64,000 nucleotides of DNA from a virus, in IMG/VR virus record IMGVR_UViG_3300047994_000087, positions 82,742 to 146,741 of that record; one strand, 5' to 3'. A model generated the notes under the pieces. The model had not been told where the DNA came from. It worked only from the letters and a program-made list of their open reading frames with translations, and did no database searches. Shown here one piece after another: positions 61,914 to 64,000 of the stretch (its first letter is position 1; every line of letters starts with the position of its first letter). The position numbers were made by a program, and so were the translations under genes.

Positions 61914-63258
61914 ACCGAGACATGGGATTATAGCTCGTGAGCTTTTGCCTAAAGAGGTGTGGAATTCAGACAAAGGGGTGGCTTCTTTAGTCAACTCTGT
62001 GTATGGCTTTATTGACCTATACAAGGAAGTTCCCGGAGATCACACTTTCGATCTTATAGACGACCTCAATATCAAGAGTGAGGAGAAAGAGCACCTAGAC
62101 AGTCTGGTGGAATACTGCGCCAGCACCTACGATTCAATAAACATCCCTTATATATTCGGTCTGATGAACCGCTTTCATAGACAGGCTATTCTCAAGGACG
62201 CAATAAGGGAATGTGCTGGAAGAATAGACAAGGGTGAGATTGACTACGTTGAGGATGTTCTTCGTACAGCACTAAAGAAAGAGCTGGTGTCATTTAACCC
62301 TGGCTCTACTCTGTCTGATGTTCTTGACCGCATGAGACAACAGGACGACAACAACCGAGACCACATCAAACTAGGCATTCCTGCATTAGATGTACGTTTG
62401 ATCCATCCACGTAGAAAAGAGTTGTTCGCCCTGGCTGCCCCAGCCAAAGGAAGTAAAAGCTGGGGGCTGATATACACGGGAGTAATGGGCATTATTGGCG
62501 GCTTTAAAGTCGCACACGTAAGTCTTGAAATGAGTGAGGATGTAGTCGGCCAACGGTATCTACAAAGTTGCTTCGCCGTTACTAAACGCCAGTGCACAAT
62601 TACACAACCTCCAGCCTTTGATGGCAACCACGGAGTTAAGTGGGCTCAAGGAGTGGGGGCTAATGGCTGCTTGCAGAATGACAACACGCTTGATGATCTA
62701 GAGCGCAAGGTCAAGCACGCGATGTTCGACAATCTGCGCATCAAGGAGTTCCCTACATCAAGCCTATCGATCAACGGACTCAAAGGTTATCTAGACTCGC
62801 TTGAACAGACTGGCTTTACCCCGGATCTTCTAATCATTGACTACGCTGACCTGATGAAATTAGGCAACACCAAGGAAGCCGACCAGCGCATAGAGATCGG
62901 TAAGATCTACAAAGAGATACGAGGACTGGCTGTAGAACGTAACATCATGGTGGCAACTGCCTCACAGATTAACCGTGCCGGTGCCAGTTCTAAGAAGATT
63001 GACGCCACCCACATATCAGAAGACTACAGCAAGATAGGCACTGTAGACACGCTTCTAATTATACAAGCCACTCCTGAACAGAAGGAAGCAGGGTTTGCCG
63101 TGTTACACGTAGCTGCTGCTCGTAATGATGAGTCTGGTTTCGACGTGTACATATCTCAGAAGCTAGCTGCTGGACAGTGGTGCATGACTAGCAGTGATAA
63201 GCTCACACCAGACTTCGTTGACAAAGTCAGCAGCTTCGTAGGAATCACAATACCATGA
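61843..63258 (+). CDS. DnaB/T4 gp41-like replicative helicase
   Basis: AAPAKGSKS (variant Walker A), SLEMSE, IIDYADLM, TASQINR. Confidence 0.9.
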   Translation: MMTTDQQTLPENLQRNVLSLLLFEPRHGIIARELLPKEVWNSDKGVASLVNSVYGFIDLYKEVPGDHTFDLIDDLNIKSEEKEHLDSLVEYCASTYDSINIPYIFGLMNRFHRQAILKDAIRECAGRIDKGEIDYVEDVLRTALKKELVSFNPGSTLSDVLDRMRQQDDNNRDHIKLGIPALDVRLIHPRRKELFALAAPAKGSKSWGLIYTGVMGIIGGFKVAHVSLEMSEDVVGQRYLQSCFAVTKRQCTITQPPAFDGNHGVKWAQGVGANGCLQNDNTLDDLERKVKHAMFDNLRIKEFPTSSLSINGLKGYLDSLEQTGFTPDLLIIDYADLMKLGNTKEADQRIEIGKIYKEIRGLAVERNIMVATASQINRAGASSKKIDATHISEDYSKIGTVDTLLIIQATPEQKEAGFAVLHVAAARNDESGFDVYISQKLAAGQWCMTSSDKLTPDFVDKVSSFVGITIP

Positions 63259-64000
63259 GCGGTTGGCAAAGTTTTGTTGATGAGTACGGTATTGAGTACC
63301 GCCAGGGAAGCGGCTCTAATATTGAGGTCCAGTGCCCGCTGTGTGGATCAGACGACCGGAGCATGCACCTTGGACTACATCTGGAATCGTCGTCGTATGG
63401 ATGCTGGAAAGAAGCTGAGCACCGGGGTAAGAATCCTGAGCGTATTATCAAAGCATTGATTGGATGTACATGGGAAGAGGCTAAGAGACTAAACCAGCAA
63501 TATTTCCGGTGGGAGCATGCACCATACGTTCCTCCTTTGGAAGGAGAGTCGGTTCCAGTATCCGTTCCAGAAGAGTTCTGTAAGTTTGGTCAGGACTCTA
63601 GAATGGAGGAACAGTTCAAGCGCTACATAGCCAGTAGAGGAATAGATCCAGGATATGCCATACCCAGATATGATTTACGTTGGTGCGCCTTTGGTTATTA
63701 TGCTTATAGACTTGTCATACCGGTTATCCACCAAGGTGTGTGGTGGACGTGGCAGGCCAGGACCATCAATGACCATGAAGTGAGATTTCTTGCTGCGCAG
63801 ACTAAGGACTCTGACAAGAGAAAGGCTGATACAGCTAACAAGCCTAATGACTTTCTCTTTGATGGTGACAATCTCAAAGGTGGAAGACTTCTAGTTCTGT
63901 GCGAAGGCGCATGGGATGCGATCAAGATCAACTCCGCGATGATTCCCGGAGTGTCGGCCACGGCATTGTACGGAAAAGTGCTGATGCCAAAACAAATGAC
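63255..64000 (+). CDS. DNA primase (zinc finger plus TOPRIM), partial
   Basis: ATG at 63255, CPLCG..D..HLG..CW..H zinc motif, YRLVIP, WQAR, VLCEGAWDAIKI; open to the window end. Confidence 0.88.
   Translation, partial: MSGWQSFVDEYGIEYRQGSGSNIEVQCPLCGSDDRSMHLGLHLESSSYGCWKEAEHRGKNPERIIKALIGCTWEEAKRLNQQYFRWEHAPYVPPLEGESVPVSVPEEFCKFGQDSRMEEQFKRYIASRGIDPGYAIPRYDLRWCAFGYYAYRLVIPVIHQGVWWTWQARTINDHEVRFLAAQTKDSDKRKADTANKPNDFLFDGDNLKGGRLLVLCEGAWDAIKINSAMIPGVSATALYGKVLMPKQM

Noticed and set aside
1-64000. Genome-wide stop-codon reassignment (TAG or TGA)
   Set aside because: Long genes are intact in code 11. TAG directly precedes the next ATG at 7851, 34390 and 60769. The isolated internal stops are of different types (TAA, TGA, TAG), and the CUA tRNA is defective.

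Overview
This window looks like a segment of a large (jumbo-type) tailed phage genome in the standard genetic code; the host is unknown. Positions 1-56.6 kb are coded on the minus strand. They hold a tRNA-rich region (14 intact-looking tRNAs, a miniature tmRNA-like gene and several structured non-coding segments), more than 100 mostly small hypothetical genes, ThyX, RNA-repair-type enzymes, a 12-bp-repeat DUF6745-like gene and a tail-fibre module. From 56.8 kb the plus strand carries a replication module: SNF2/HARP-like helicase, Holliday junction resolvase, DUF262 protein, adenine methyltransferase, DnaB-like helicase and a primase that runs off the window. The most striking feature is an unbroken array of 14 genes (4603-12508). 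Their products are largely unrelated but all start with the same ~10-residue leader, M-[ST]-[RK]-A-x-x-[ILF]-L-(E). The cargo domains include four ADP-ribosyltransferase-like folds, a kinase-like domain, a ParB-like domain, a transglutaminase-like domain and a metalloprotease-like domain. The best reading is a capsid-targeted, protease-matured effector cargo cassette, but that is inference. Other notable items are a tmRNA reduced to its tRNA-like domain, a tRNA with no anticodon arm, a degenerate CUA-anticodon tRNA, and several genes broken by short duplications or single stops. All family assignments come from motif recognition by eye, not database searches.
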